64,000 nt of DNA from Vulcanimicrobiota bacterium (GCA_963723515.1 CAVRQT010000003.1:832001-896000), one strand, 5' to 3'; counted from the stretch's first letter, positions 39,431 to 49,781 are shown. The notes: generated by a model from the sequence alone, not told the origin. Made by a program: numbers and translations.

Positions 39431-40141
39431 ATGCTCTCGCCGGACATCGCATTCGCGCAACTCGTCAACGCAACGGCCAAAGCGTACGTGGCGAACGCTC
39501 CGGCCTATATCACCTATCGCGAGCATACGCACATTACCGGTACCGGAACGATCCGTCAGGACCGGGACATCAACCGTTTTGTCGCCGTGCGCCAGAGCGA
39601 CAATACGGCGGTCATGCGCGACCTGCCCAACGGCGGAGAATCGCAAGGGCAGGCGTTTCCGATCATTCCATACTTTAATCCGTTCACGGCATTCAGCTTC
39701 AGTTATTTTGCGAACCTGAAGCAGATCTCGATCACCTTAACCCGGGCCGCGCCGTTCACTTTCACGCTGCCTCAGCCGTCTCACGATGTGGATGAAAACA
39801 TCTTCTACATTCCGTTTTGGAAGCCGTCGTATGCGGCGGGCTCTACGGATGATGCGCCGCACTTCAACATTGCATTGACCGCGCACCAGCCCCGCGCCGC
39901 ATACCTGAGCGACGTCGTCGTGGATCCGCAAAGCCATTTGCCGTCGCACGTCGTCGTTAAGTTGGAAAACGATCCGACGACGATTTCACTGGACTACGCA
40001 ATCGTGCAAGGCCATTGGGTCGTTACGCACGGCGCGATGGCCACATCGCAGACGGTTGGCGTCTTTAGTTTTCACGTCGTCGCAGAAACCACGTACACCG
40101 ACATGACGTTTCCACCGACTTCACCGGACAGCCGAATCTAA
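39431..40141 (+). CDS. Hypothetical protein (beta-rich)
   Basis: Clean 236-aa ORF; motif pattern resembles 11726..12517. Confidence 0.65.
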   Translation: MLSPDIAFAQLVNATAKAYVANAPAYITYREHTHITGTGTIRQDRDINRFVAVRQSDNTAVMRDLPNGGESQGQAFPIIPYFNPFTAFSFSYFANLKQISITLTRAAPFTFTLPQPSHDVDENIFYIPFWKPSYAAGSTDDAPHFNIALTAHQPRAAYLSDVVVDPQSHLPSHVVVKLENDPTTISLDYAIVQGHWVVTHGAMATSQTVGVFSFHVVAETTYTDMTFPPTSPDSRI

Positions 40142-40180
40142 AAGTCGCGCGTTTGACCGCAGCGGCCGCGCCCCGCTGTC

Positions 40181-40198
40181 GGCAAGCTCAGCGTGACA
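40181..40198. repeat. Degenerate arm of palindromic repeat
   Basis: GGCAAGCTCAGCGTGACA. Confidence 0.65.
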
Positions 40199-40263
40199 CG
40201 TGCCGGTGGCAAACTGATTGCTTCAGAGCGTCTCTCGAGTTCGAACGCTGCCTCCCGTTTACC

Positions 40264-40304
40264 AAGTATGCAAAGAGCCTGCACCGCAGGCCCTTTGCAT
40301 ACTT
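40264..40304 (-). terminator. Long hairpin directly downstream of tRNA-Ser(CGA)
   Basis: AAGTATGCAAAG-AGCCTG...CAGGCC-CTTTGCATACTT inverted repeat. Confidence 0.7.
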
Positions 40305-40392
40305 CGGAGAGGGAGAGATTCGAACTCTCGAGACGCTCATCACGTCTGCCCGCTTTCGAGGCGGGTGCCTTCAACCACTCGACCACCTCTCC
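40305..40392 (-). tRNA. tRNA-Ser(CGA)
   Basis: GGAGAGG/CCTCTCC acceptor, CCCGC-CTCGAAA-GCGGG, long variable arm. Confidence 0.96.
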
Positions 40393-40412
40393 CCAATGTG
40401 CTTCGCACATCG

Positions 40413-40880
40413 TTAGCGACTTTGGCGCTTCCGCGTAAAGAACGCCTGCAACTGCGCCGCCGTTTCATCCGCTAACACGTCGCCGGTGACATCAACACGA
40501 TGATTCAACTCTTCGAGCGCAAAGATGTCGACGACGCTGCCCGCCGCGCCGCCCTTCGGATCCGCGCAGCCGAAGACCAAGCGGTTGATGCGCGCCGCAA
40601 TCATTGCGCCTGCGCACATGACGCATGGTTCCTTTGTCACGTAGATCGTTGCGTCGGTGAGCCGCCATCGGCCAAGCGCTTGCGCCGACGCTCGCAGCAC
40701 AAGCATCTCCGCATGTGCTGTTGGATCGGGCCGACGCTCTTTTTCGTTGAACGCTTCAAATGTCACGCCGTCACAGATTAGCATGGCGCCTATCGGGACA
40801 TCCCCATTTGCAGCCGCATGCTCTGCGAGCACCATCGCACGGCGTACGCATGCTTCATCCGCGGACTGAACCGCTGTCAT
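40413..40880 (-). CDS. tadA: tRNA adenosine(34) deaminase
   Basis: DPTAHAEM, YVTKEPCVMCAGAM, DPKGGAAGS, LNHR. Confidence 0.92.
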   Translation of the reverse strand: MTAVQSADEACVRRAMVLAEHAAANGDVPIGAMLICDGVTFEAFNEKERRPDPTAHAEMLVLRASAQALGRWRLTDATIYVTKEPCVMCAGAMIAARINRLVFGCADPKGGAAGSVVDIFALEELNHRVDVTGDVLADETAAQLQAFFTRKRQSR

Positions 40881-40891
40881 AAAACGAGATC

Positions 40892-40965
<74 letters not shown>

Positions 40966-40994
40966 ACATTTCACACTTCCTAAAGTTCAGTGCG

Positions 40995-41231
40995 CTACCG
41001 CGGATTCTCCGGAGCGGAGCTTTGACTCGGGATGTGCTTGAAGAGATCCAGCTTGTGATCGACGAGACCGCGATAGAACTTCCGTACGCAGTCCGGATGG
41101 CCGAAGAAATAGGTGCGCGCATAGGCCAGATCGTCTCCGGAAGAGTCCGGAACATAATGCGAGATTTCGATCTCTTCCATCTGCGCTCGATCGACCGGAT
41201 GCGGGCAAAAATCGCATGGAATCGTCGACAT
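40995..41231 (-). CDS. Small hypothetical protein with CxxC and HPDC motifs
   Basis: 78-aa ORF MSTIPCDFCPHP..., preceded by GAGGT. Confidence 0.6.
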   Translation of the reverse strand: MSTIPCDFCPHPVDRAQMEEIEISHYVPDSSGDDLAYARTYFFGHPDCVRKFYRGLVDHKLDLFKHIPSQSSAPENPR

Positions 41232-41294
41232 CCTTGTTGTTACCTCACTTAAGAGCCCAGAGTATCGCGGTCCAGCTTCCATTACAAAAGAATG

Positions 41295-41366
41295 TGACTC
41301 GGGTAGGATTTGAACCTACGACCTAGGGCTTATGAGTCCCCCGCTCTACCGCTGAGCTACCGAGCC
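41295..41366 (-). tRNA. tRNA with CAT anticodon (elongator Met or Ile2)
   Basis: GGCTCGG/CCGAGTC acceptor, CTCATAA loop; paired 1:72, so not the initiator. Confidence 0.9.
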
Positions 41367-41534
41367 ACCATTTCACGGTTCGACGCGCGACCGGCGTCGA
41401 ACCCGCCGGTTAGCGGAGCGACCTAATGTACGTTATAACCGCTTGCGCATCCGGCGGTTTCATTCGGAACTGCGGCATCAGTAGTTCGGTGCCGTCCTTT
41501 CGGATCGACAACGCGACGATGTTTGATGCAATCG

Positions 41535-41608
41535 CGCGGTCGGAGGGACTCGAACCCCCAACCTACAAGTTCGTAGCCTGTTGCTCTATCCAATTGAGCT
41601 ACGACCGC
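41535..41608 (-). tRNA. tRNA-Arg(ACG)
   Basis: GCGGTCG/CGACCGC acceptor, CTACGAA loop. Confidence 0.95.
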
Positions 41609-41623
41609 GTATTGTATCTGCTT

Positions 41624-41713
41624 CGGAGAGGGAGGGATTCGAACCCTCGATACGCTTTTACAACGTATGACGGTTTAGCAAACCGCTGCCTTCAGCCGCT
41701 CGGCCACCTCTCC
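41624..41713 (-). tRNA. tRNA-Ser(GCT)
   Basis: GGAGAGG/CCTCTCC acceptor, TTGCTAA loop, long variable arm. Confidence 0.96.
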
Positions 41714-41732
41714 ATGCAGCTCGACCTTTGAA

Positions 41733-42215
41733 CTACGCCGCCGCAGCTCTCCTTCTCGGCCGGAACAACACCGTGTCGAGCGCCCAACGTGCATCCGTCG
41801 GTAGAACAACGTTGAAGAAGCTAATAACGATCGCGACAAAATCCAAACTGCCGTAGCCGTCGGATGCTCCGAATGCGCCTTTTGCGAGCATGTAGTTCAG
41901 GCCCAAGAACATGCCGCCCAGACCGCCGATTCGCGGCAGCAATCCGAGCACGAGCGATATTCCCACGAGCAACTCACCGGCGCGCACAAGTTGCGCAAAG
42001 GTTGCGATGTTCGGCATCACCGTATTTGCAAGAAAGTCGTGGTAAAAACCGGTCGTGCTGCCAATCGATTTTTGAATCATCATCGGCATGAAGCCGCTGG
42101 GCGGTAAGAATGAGTCCGGGCTCGTGAACTTCGGCACCGCGTGAATCAACCAAAAGGCGCCCGTATAGATTCGGAAGATTGCCAACCAGCGAGCGTAGGT
42201 CTCAGAGGACAGCAT
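41733..42215 (-). CDS. DoxX family membrane protein
   Basis: LAIFRIYTGAFWLIHAVPK...GELLVGISLVLGL. Confidence 0.8.
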   Translation of the reverse strand: MLSSETYARWLAIFRIYTGAFWLIHAVPKFTSPDSFLPPSGFMPMMIQKSIGSTTGFYHDFLANTVMPNIATFAQLVRAGELLVGISLVLGLLPRIGGLGGMFLGLNYMLAKGAFGASDGYGSLDFVAIVISFFNVVLPTDARWALDTVLFRPRRRAAAA

Positions 42216-43350
42216 GCAGTCTCCTTTCGCTTGGATGCTCGGCGATTTGGGACACTAAAGTGGCGATATCTCGCGCGGCGTGCGGCTTAGCGATCAGTGC
42301 TCCAGCATCTCGCATTCGAGTTCGCGTCGCCGGCGAACCCAAGAGCTGCGTGACGATTCGCGTGAGTTCCCGTCGATTCTTCGACCGTAAGGCGGCATTT
42401 CGCTCCACGAGATAACGGGTGTTTCGCTCTTCCTGACCCGGCAGTGGCTTAACAAGAACCATCGGGATGCCGGCGACCAGCGCCTCGGCGGACGTCAGTC
42501 CACCCGGCTTGCTCAAAAGCACATCGGCGGCATGCATATACTCGTACACATTGTCAACGAAGCTCACGACGCGCAACGGGTAATTCACACGTTGCGCCGC
42601 TTCAAGGACGCGTTGCTGCAGTCTCGCATTGCGGCCGACGATCGCGACAGCCGCAAGCGGCACGTCGACCTCTTCGAGCGAGTGCATCATCATCTCGAGC
42701 GGGCCGATTCCAAGTCCGCCGCTCATCATCAAGATGGCACAGCGATCCAGCGGCAGGCCCAACTTCTGACGCAACGCATCGCGATCGGACGACCGCTCGG
42801 CAAAGGCCGACGCGACCGGAATGCCGGCCACAATGACCCGTTCCTTTGGAATGCCGCGCGCTACGAGCGAGCTGCGCATCTCCGGGGTGGCGACGGCATA
42901 CGCGTCGATATTACGATGGATCCAAAATGAGTGCACGACGAAGTCCGTGACGACGCCGAGGACCGGCGGCGCATCGGCGAACTGTTTCTTGTACTCCGAC
43001 ATCACGCCGCATGGAAAGGCATGCGTGCAGACGACGGCATCCGGCCGGATGCGCTCAAAAAGCCCGCGCAAGTTCGCGGCGGTGAATTGGTGCACCCAGG
43101 CGCGAAAAGGACCGATTTGCGTCGCTTTTTCGGCCCGCGAATACAAAAAACGGTACATCTGCGGGATCGTCTTGACCATACCGATGTAACCGTCCGACAC
43201 GACGCGCGAGACGATCGAGGCCGCATACTTGTACGCATTAACCGTCTGAGAGGTCGTTGCGGGGTCCCGCTCGTGCAGCGCATCTTGAACGGCTTGAGCT
43301 GCCGCCGTGTGGCCGGCGCCGACATTAACGGATAAGAGCAGAACGCGAAC
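42202..43350 (-). CDS. MGDG synthase/UgtP-like diacylglycerol glycosyltransferase (GT28)
   Basis: VLLLSVNVGAGH, PDAVVCTHAFP, VVTDF, GGLG, KPGGLTSAEAL, PGQEERN; start codon not resolved. Confidence 0.85.
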   Translation of the reverse strand, partial: VRVLLLSVNVGAGHTAAAQAVQDALHERDPATTSQTVNAYKYAASIVSRVVSDGYIGMVKTIPQMYRFLYSRAEKATQIGPFRAWVHQFTAANLRGLFERIRPDAVVCTHAFPCGVMSEYKKQFADAPPVLGVVTDFVVHSFWIHRNIDAYAVATPEMRSSLVARGIPKERVIVAGIPVASAFAERSSDRDALRQKLGLPLDRCAILMMSGGLGIGPLEMMMHSLEEVDVPLAAVAIVGRNARLQQRVLEAAQRVNYPLRVVSFVDNVYEYMHAADVLLSKPGGLTSAEALVAGIPMVLVKPLPGQEERNTRYLVERNAALRSKNRRELTRIVTQLLGSPATRTRMRDAGALIAKPHAARDIATLVSQIAEHPSERRLHAVL

Positions 43351-43634
43351 TACTCGGTCCTCTGGGGAGGCGCTGCTTCTTCTGCGAAGTCTTTGAAGTC
43401 CGCTATGATTTCTTCGACGAGCTCCGGATCGGTAGCGAGCGCGCCAAAGGCATCCGTCACTATGAGCTCGCTCTTTTCGTCACAGCAGCACACCGCATAT
43501 TTATGACCTTCATCGTCTTCGAAAAGCGCTAGAACTTCGAACGTTCGCTCTTGCTCGTCATGCGTACCGATCAGCAGCTTATCCCCTAACTGCAGGGGTG
43601 TCTCTCGCGGCGATTCGCCGTTATCAGATGCCAT
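43350..43634 (-). CDS. DUF1292-like acidic protein
   Basis: FEVLALFEDDEGHKYAV; located with ruvX and mltG. Confidence 0.6.
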   Translation of the reverse strand: MASDNGESPRETPLQLGDKLLIGTHDEQERTFEVLALFEDDEGHKYAVCCCDEKSELIVTDAFGALATDPELVEEIIADFKDFAEEAAPPQRTE

Positions 43635-43642
43635 CAGATTTC

Positions 43643-44652
43643 CTATTTCAGATAACGCGCCTTATTCGCGTTATGCTCGGCAAGCGTTCGCGCAAACGCA
43701 TGGTGACCGTTGCCTTTGTAGACGTAATACAAAAACTCCGAAGCTTGCGGATGGAAGGCCGCCCACAGCGAAGGCTGCCCCGGATTGGCGATCGGCGTCG
43801 GCGGCAAGCCGGCGTGTTTATACGTATTATACGGTGAATCGACCGCGAGATCTGCATAGGTGATTTCAGTCTTGTGTTCCGGAAACGTGTATTCGATTGT
43901 AGCGTCCACTTCGAGCGGCATACCCAAACGGAGCCGATTGTAATAGACTCCCGCCATGAGCGCGCGTTCATCATTTGCTTTCGCCTCGCGTTCGATTAAC
44001 GAAGCGAGCGTGACGATCTGCGGTATCGTCATGTGTCGCGCCCGGGCCACAGCGACCGCATCTTTGGGCAGCTCCTGCCGAAACTGGCTCGTAAAGATCG
44101 CTTCAACCGCTTGCGGCGATGCGCTGGTCGGAACCAGATAAGTGCTTGGAAAGAGATAACCCTCCATGGATCTGGTTCGAACGCCACCGAGCGTGATCGA
44201 ATCGTGCGCAAACGCATCCGCGAAGTCCGAAGACTGACCAATACCGGCCTCTTGCAGTCGCTCGGCAATCTGACGCGCCGTAAACCCCTCCGGAATGGCA
44301 ACCCAAATCGCAATTTGCGCCCCACCGGTTCTCAGTTGCTGCAGAACGTCGCTCGCGTTCTGATGCGGTTAAAGCGGTACTCGCCGGCACGAACGTCACT
44401 TTCAGCATGACGAAGACGCGCTAAGATGCGAAACGCCAGCAAATGGTCGATGACGCCTTCACTCTTGAGCTGCGATGCAATCTGAGAAAACGTCGCGCCC
44501 CGCGGTATGATCACGTGCGTCGTCTGTCTGGGTAAGGCCCGATCGCCGTAGATGTCGTAGCGAAACCAAAGCCCGGCAATGGCAACAATCAGGCCCGCTC
44601 CCACGACGCACCCGATGAAAATGACGGCAAGTGCGCGGCGTACATCTCTCAC
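43643..44652 (-). CDS. mltG: Endolytic transglycosylase MltG (frameshifts)
   Basis: N-terminal TM, IPEGF, EGYLFPSTY, LASLIEREA, SPYNTYKHAGLPPTPIANPG. Confidence 0.92.
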
Positions 44653-45072
44653 CGTCGCACCCCGCGCCGACGGCTCAGGAACGTCTCCAAAATTAAGGTC
44701 GCAGCAATTTTATCGACAAGCTTTTTTCGCTTTGCACGCGAGACGTCCGCGTCGATCAGCGTGCGCTGTCGCCTGCGCCGTCGTCAACCGCTCGTCAACA
44801 CGGTGGATTCGACCGGTAAACTGGCGCTGCAATTTTACGATGAACTGATCGACGGCATCCGAGGCCGCCGCTCGTTCGCCTGAGAGACGTACCGGATCGC
44901 CGACGACCAATTCGCTCGCCTCATGTTCTCTGGCGAGCGCGACGATGCGATCGATGTCGGCGCGCAGATTCGTGCGCACGATCACCTGCAGCGGCAACGC
45001 AAAGGATTCTGAGGGATCCGAGAGCGCGACACCGATCCGCTTTGTCCCCAGGTCGAGCGCCAGTACCGTCAT
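44649..45072 (-). CDS. ruvX: Holliday junction resolvase-like RuvX/YqgF (frameshift near 44760)
   Basis: LALDLGTKRIGVALSD, VVGDP, VDERLTT, LILETFL. Confidence 0.9.
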
Positions 45073-45824
45073 GAGGCCGGGCGCACGAATTCGCTCGTGT
45101 GCGTGCCGGCTTTTGGACGGCGGCCGAGATGGTAGGCAACAAGCGCGTCGATTGCTCGCGCGACCTGCGGGCGTCCGATCAACGTCGCTCGGCGCGCCGA
45201 ATCCTTGGCCGCGGCGAGCGCTTGGAAATTGCGCACATCATCCGCGTCGAGCTCGAGTACGTTCATCCATGCCGCGCGGCACTCCATGCCGGCCAAGCCG
45301 CCTGAGTCGGTATCGAGCCACGCCGGTTCGTCCTTCAACGATGCGCCGCAGCGTACGCATTGTTCGGTCGGCGGAGCGAGGCCCAATGCGTCGAGCAAGC
45401 GCAGTTCGAAACGCGGCAGAAGCATCAGCGAATCAGCGGAGGTGCGCACCGCGCGCAACGCCAGATGCAGCAAATTGAAGATTTCCGGAACCGCAAGATC
45501 GGGCTCGCAGAAGGCGTCGATGAGTTCTCCCATGACGCTGGTCGCAACGAACGCCGCCGGCTGCACGACCGCATCGAAATATGAACGCTCGATTTGCGCA
45601 CCTGTGATCACGTCAAGGTTCCGCCCCCGGTGCAGCGTCAGCGCGACTTCATTCATAAACTCTAGCCGTCCGCCCAGCGAGCTTCGCGCCCGGCGAACGC
45701 CTTTGGCAACCGCTTGCACCTTACCGTGCTCGCGCGTAAAAAGCGTGTAGATTTTATCGGCTTCGCCCAGATTGCGCGCACGAAGGACGATCGCCGTCGC
45801 CTTATAGGTGCGAGGCGCGCTCAG
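45069..45824 (-). CDS. recO: DNA repair protein RecO
   Basis: AIVLRARNLGEADKIYTLFTREHGKVQAVAKGVRR, CVRCG; start uncertain. Confidence 0.92.
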   Translation of the reverse strand: MSAPRTYKATAIVLRARNLGEADKIYTLFTREHGKVQAVAKGVRRARSSLGGRLEFMNEVALTLHRGRNLDVITGAQIERSYFDAVVQPAAFVATSVMGELIDAFCEPDLAVPEIFNLLHLALRAVRTSADSLMLLPRFELRLLDALGLAPPTEQCVRCGASLKDEPAWLDTDSGGLAGMECRAAWMNVLELDADDVRNFQALAAAKDSARRATLIGRPQVARAIDALVAYHLGRRPKAGTHTSEFVRPAS

Positions 45825-47143
45825 TGAGCCTGCCCTGTGCTCTCCCGCGTTCCTGAATCTTGCGGGGCCACGCCGGGCACGCCGTTGCAATAGACCCGCA
45901 CGGTCATGATGCGCTTGCCTCGTGTGCGATCGACTTTGAGACGCGCGCTGCCATCCTCGCTGACGATCTCCTCGCCTTCCTGCGGTAAGCGGCCAAAGCG
46001 CCCGACCGTGTAGCCGCCGATCGTTTCAAACTCTTCGTGCGGCAAATGCGTGCCGAGCTGCGCGTTGACGTCTTCGATGTTGACCGCTGCATCGATGACC
46101 GCTTCGTTTTCCTTGACGATGCGGATCGGCTCTTCTTCGCCTTCGTCGTGCTCGTCGCGGATCTCGCCGACGATTTCCTCAAGCAAATCTTCCATCGTCA
46201 CTAGGCCTGCCGTACCGCCGTATTCGTCCACGACAATCGCCATCGAAAATTTGTCGCGTTGCATCTCGCGCAGGAGTTCTGCGATCTTCTTGTTTTCAGG
46301 CACATGTGTCACCGGGCGCATGAGCTCACGCAACGGCATCGACGAAAGCGTCCCGTTTGCGAGGCTAATCAGCAACTCGCGATCGTGGACGACGCCGACG
46401 ATGTCATCTTTCGTATTCTCAAAGACCGGAATCTTCGCGTAGCCTTCCGCGATCACAAGATCGAGCGCGCGGCGCGGTGAGTCGTTGATCTCAACCGCGA
46501 CGACATCTTGGCGATGTGTCATCACTTCACGCACGATTGTATCGCCGAACTCGATCACCGAATGGATCATCTGGCGCTCTTGTTCTTCCAGCACCTTCTG
46601 CTCCGCGCCGACGTTGACGAGCGCGCGGATATCTTCTTCTGTTATGAAGATCTGCCGCGAATGCGGCATGCCGAACGGCCGGAGCAACAGATCCGTAACA
46701 AACAAGAAACTCTGCACGACCGGAGTGAGCAGCCAGCAGACCCATAACATTGCGGGCGCTAAACGGAGCGCCCAGCGATCACTGTCCGAGACCGCAACCG
46801 TCTTCGGAATGATTTCGCCGAAGAGCAGAAAGACGATTGCCATGATGATGGTTGAGATCACAGCTGCGGACGGCACACCGGCTCGAATGAAGAGGTACGT
46901 TGAAAGCGAGTCGGCGGCGAGCAGCACGATTGTGTTACCGACGAGGATCGTCGTCAGCGACCGATTGCGATCTTCCTGGAGCTTGACGACGGCGTGGGCG
47001 CGGCGCAAGCCACGGTCCACCATTCCCTTTGCCCGCACGCGCGAGAGGGAGACGAGCGCGGCTTCAGACGCCGCGAAAAATGCTGCCCCAATAATGAAAA
47101 GCACCAGGATCAACACCTGGAGCCAGAGGACCGCGGGGCTCAT
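45821..47143 (-). CDS. Hemolysin/CNNM family protein (DUF21, CBS, CorC)
   Basis: AFFAASEAAL, FGEIIPK, VVDEYGGTAGLVTMEDLLEEIVGEIRDE. Confidence 0.93.
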   Translation of the reverse strand: MSPAVLWLQVLILVLFIIGAAFFAASEAALVSLSRVRAKGMVDRGLRRAHAVVKLQEDRNRSLTTILVGNTIVLLAADSLSTYLFIRAGVPSAAVISTIIMAIVFLLFGEIIPKTVAVSDSDRWALRLAPAMLWVCWLLTPVVQSFLFVTDLLLRPFGMPHSRQIFITEEDIRALVNVGAEQKVLEEQERQMIHSVIEFGDTIVREVMTHRQDVVAVEINDSPRRALDLVIAEGYAKIPVFENTKDDIVGVVHDRELLISLANGTLSSMPLRELMRPVTHVPENKKIAELLREMQRDKFSMAIVVDEYGGTAGLVTMEDLLEEIVGEIRDEHDEGEEEPIRIVKENEAVIDAAVNIEDVNAQLGTHLPHEEFETIGGYTVGRFGRLPQEGEEIVSEDGSARLKVDRTRGKRIMTVRVYCNGVPGVAPQDSGTRESTGQAH

Positions 47144-47205
47144 GGGCGCGGCGACCGCAGAACCGAAGGTAGGGGGTCGGGGTCGTCGTTCATCAATGCG
47201 GGGCC

Positions 47206-47214
47206 ATTATAGCA
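47206..47214 (-). promoter_or_regulatory. Extended -10 promoter upstream of the CNNM gene
   Basis: Minus strand TGCTATAAT overlapping the dgkA stop, about 60 nt before the CNNM start. Confidence 0.55.
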
Positions 47215-47990
47215 CATGGGGCCGGACGACCATGTAAATCGCCAACGTAACCGCGGTGCCAAGAATCGCGCCCCAAGTGACCTCGGCGACGTTGTGGATT
47301 TGGGCCTCGACGCGACTTTGCGCAACGAGCGCCGCGAGCCCGAAGGCCAGCAGCGCGACGAGCGGGCGCTGGTAGTATCAGCGAGAGGATCGTCGCGGCG
47401 CAGAAGGCGAGCGCGGTGTGACCTGAGACAGCGCCTCCTTGTAAAGCTGAACCGCGCCCGACAAGCGCTTTTGCAATGATCGTTCCGATCACGACGACCG
47501 CGACGATCACGAACACGGTATTTGAGGGCACCTGCGCGAGCGCCGCATAGACGCGTGCGCCGCTGCGGAAAATCCCCTCGTAAAACGCCAAGTAGCCGAC
47601 CACAACCGCGGCCATCGTCGCGAGCAACACGGCGCCGGCAGCCGCATCTTTGGCGGTCTTCGCAAGCGGATGGTGAGCGACCGTCAACAGATCCACGATC
47701 GCTTCAACAGCCGTGTTGACCAATTCGAGCGCCAGCACCAGCGCGATCAGGATGACGATGCCGATCACATAACTGCGCTCGAGCCGCAATGCGAGCGTCG
47801 CAATCAAGACCCCGGCCGCGATGATCAAGTGGATGCGCATGTTCGGCTGCGTCTTGGCCGCGTAGATGATGCCCGAAAACGCGTGGTGGAAGCTGCTCCA
47901 GAACTTGCTTTCCGTGATGCGCTTGTAGCCCGGTCCATGCGCTTCGTGCGCGTGCGTATGGTGTTCGGGCGGCGGATGTTGTTGCAACAT
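47207..47990 (-). CDS. dgkA: Diacylglycerol/undecaprenol kinase with PAP2-like C-terminus (frameshift near 47375)
   Basis: SFHHAFSGI, NMRIH, ELVNTAVEAIVD, AKDAAAGAVL, SGHTA, QSRVEAQIH. Confidence 0.88.
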
Positions 47991-48440
47991 TATCTTGCGT
48001 AGGGCCACGGCATGCCGATCGCCTTAGCGATGCGCCGTTCTTCTGCTTTCATTCTTTTTCGCTCATCTGCTCGCTGATGGTCGTGACCAACGACGTGCAG
48101 CACGCCATGCACCAGCAGACGATGGATCTCCGCTTCGAGCGACGCATCATAATCCGCTGCTTGTCTGCGCGCCGTATCAACGCTGATCACGACGTCTCCA
48201 AGAAACCGCTCGGGACCTGCGGGATCGCCAGCATCGGCGAGCGGAAAGCTCAAGACGTCCGTCGGCCCCTCTTTGCCACGATGAACGCAGATTGAGTTCG
48301 CGCATCTCGTCATCGCCCACGAGTGATAACCCCAGCGCCGCATCGTGCTCACCTATGGACTTTAGGATTGCGCGAGCCGTGCGCTTGAGAGCGTTTGCGT
48401 CGATGCCGCTGCGTCGCACCCGGTTACGATAATGAATCAT
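47990..48440 (-). CDS. ybeY: rRNA maturation endoribonuclease YbeY (frameshift near 48285)
   Basis: PTDVLSFP, LGDVVIS, VHGVLHVVGHDH. Confidence 0.92.
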
Positions 48441-49429
48441 CCCGGAATCGGGTCGTGCTCCCGGCCGCTGTCACCCTGAGCTTGTCGAAGGGCACTATAC
48501 GCGCGGATGATTCGGCCGACCAGCGGATGCCGAACGCAATCCGTTTCGTTGAGATAGACGATCGCGACGTCCGGCACCATGGCGAAGAGCCGAGACACTT
48601 CTAAGAGGCCGGCGGTCGAGCCACGCGGCAAGTCGATCTGGGTGATGTCTCCGTTGACGACCATCTTCGACGCGTTGCCGAGCCGCGTGAGGAACATCTT
48701 CAACTGTTCGCGCGTCGCATTTTGCGCCTCGTCGAGAATCACAAAGGCGTCGGCAAGCGTTCGTCCACGCATGTACGCCAGCGGCGCAACTTCTATCACG
48801 CCGCGTTCGATGTACCGCGCGACGAGCGAATCATCGAGAATTTCGCCCAGCGCATCGTAGAGCGGGCGCAGATAGGGATCGACTTTCTCTTTGTAGTCGC
48901 CGGGAAGGAAACCAAGCTTTTCACCGGCTTCAACCGCGGGACGCGAAAGCACGACGCGCGCGACTTTACGGTCGCGAAGAGCGCGAACTGCCATCACGAC
49001 CGCCAAGAACGTCTTGCCCGTGCCGGCCGGCCCGATGCCGAAGGTCAAAGCGTGAGAATCGATCGCGTGCACGAAGGCGCGTTGCCCGCGCGTCTTCGGA
49101 CGAATCTCCCTGCCGCGATGCGCGACGAAGAGCGTTTCGGGAATGCCGTCCTCTTGCGGCTCGAGCGCGTCGGCCGCCGCTAGCGCGACATCGTCCGGCG
49201 TCAGCGTGGCGCCGTTAAGCGCCGCATCGAGCATGCGTCGAAAGGCGCGTTGTGCGCGATCGACCGCCGCTTTCTCGCCATGGACGATGAGCGCGTTGCC
49301 TTCAACATGAATCGAAACCGGGAAGGCCGCTTCAAGCGCCGAGATGTTCTGATCGAATTGTCCAAAGAGCCTCACGGGATCGTGCAACCCGTCGAGGTCG
49401 ATTTTTCGTTCTGTTACCGCTTCTGCCAG
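48437..49429 (-). CDS. phoH: PhoH family ATPase
   Basis: GPAGTGKT, RPAVEAGEKLGFLPG, PLAYMRGRT, ILDEAQN, VRHPLV; start uncertain (CTG 49429 or TTG 49387). Confidence 0.93.
   Translation of the reverse strand: MAEAVTERKIDLDGLHDPVRLFGQFDQNISALEAAFPVSIHVEGNALIVHGEKAAVDRAQRAFRRMLDAALNGATLTPDDVALAAADALEPQEDGIPETLFVAHRGREIRPKTRGQRAFVHAIDSHALTFGIGPAGTGKTFLAVVMAVRALRDRKVARVVLSRPAVEAGEKLGFLPGDYKEKVDPYLRPLYDALGEILDDSLVARYIERGVIEVAPLAYMRGRTLADAFVILDEAQNATREQLKMFLTRLGNASKMVVNGDITQIDLPRGSTAGLLEVSRLFAMVPDVAIVYLNETDCVRHPLVGRIIRAYSALRQAQGDSGREHDPIPG
48469..48492. repeat. Palindromic repeat arm inside the phoH 3' coding end
   Basis: TGTCACCCTGAGCTTGTCGAAGGG, identical to 29557-29580. Confidence 0.85.
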
Positions 49430-49781
49430 TACGCGTTCTCCCGCAGTGCCAGCGGTCTATCCAGCACTTCTGCCGCGACGACCGCCCGCACTAAACTGTT
49501 CCCTCCTTCGAAGAGTCCATGCAGCGGTCCGCGTTCCTGACGGCGACCTTCGATGGGGGTGGGGGACGGGTGGTGGTGGAGGCGGGGCAGGCCGAGGCGG
49601 CGGAGCAGCTGGTTGCGCGGCGGCGGAGCGGCGATGGGACTTGCAAACGGCTGCGTCCCGGCGGCACGCGCGCGAAGTTCTTCTAAGATGCGGCGATAGC
49701 GGTCCGCATAGACTCAGAAGTTTGCGTTGCGTTGCGCCGTTGCGCGAGCGATCTGGCGGCAAGCTCGATTAATTCGTCCAA
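49414..49781 (-). CDS. Pro-rich YqfB-like protein downstream of floA (frameshifted)
   Basis: C-terminal LVRAVVAAEVLDRPLALR motif and position after floA. Confidence 0.5.

Noticed and set aside
40138..40475. Several short ORFs over tRNA-Ser
   Set aside because: They are translations of the tRNA and terminator sequence.
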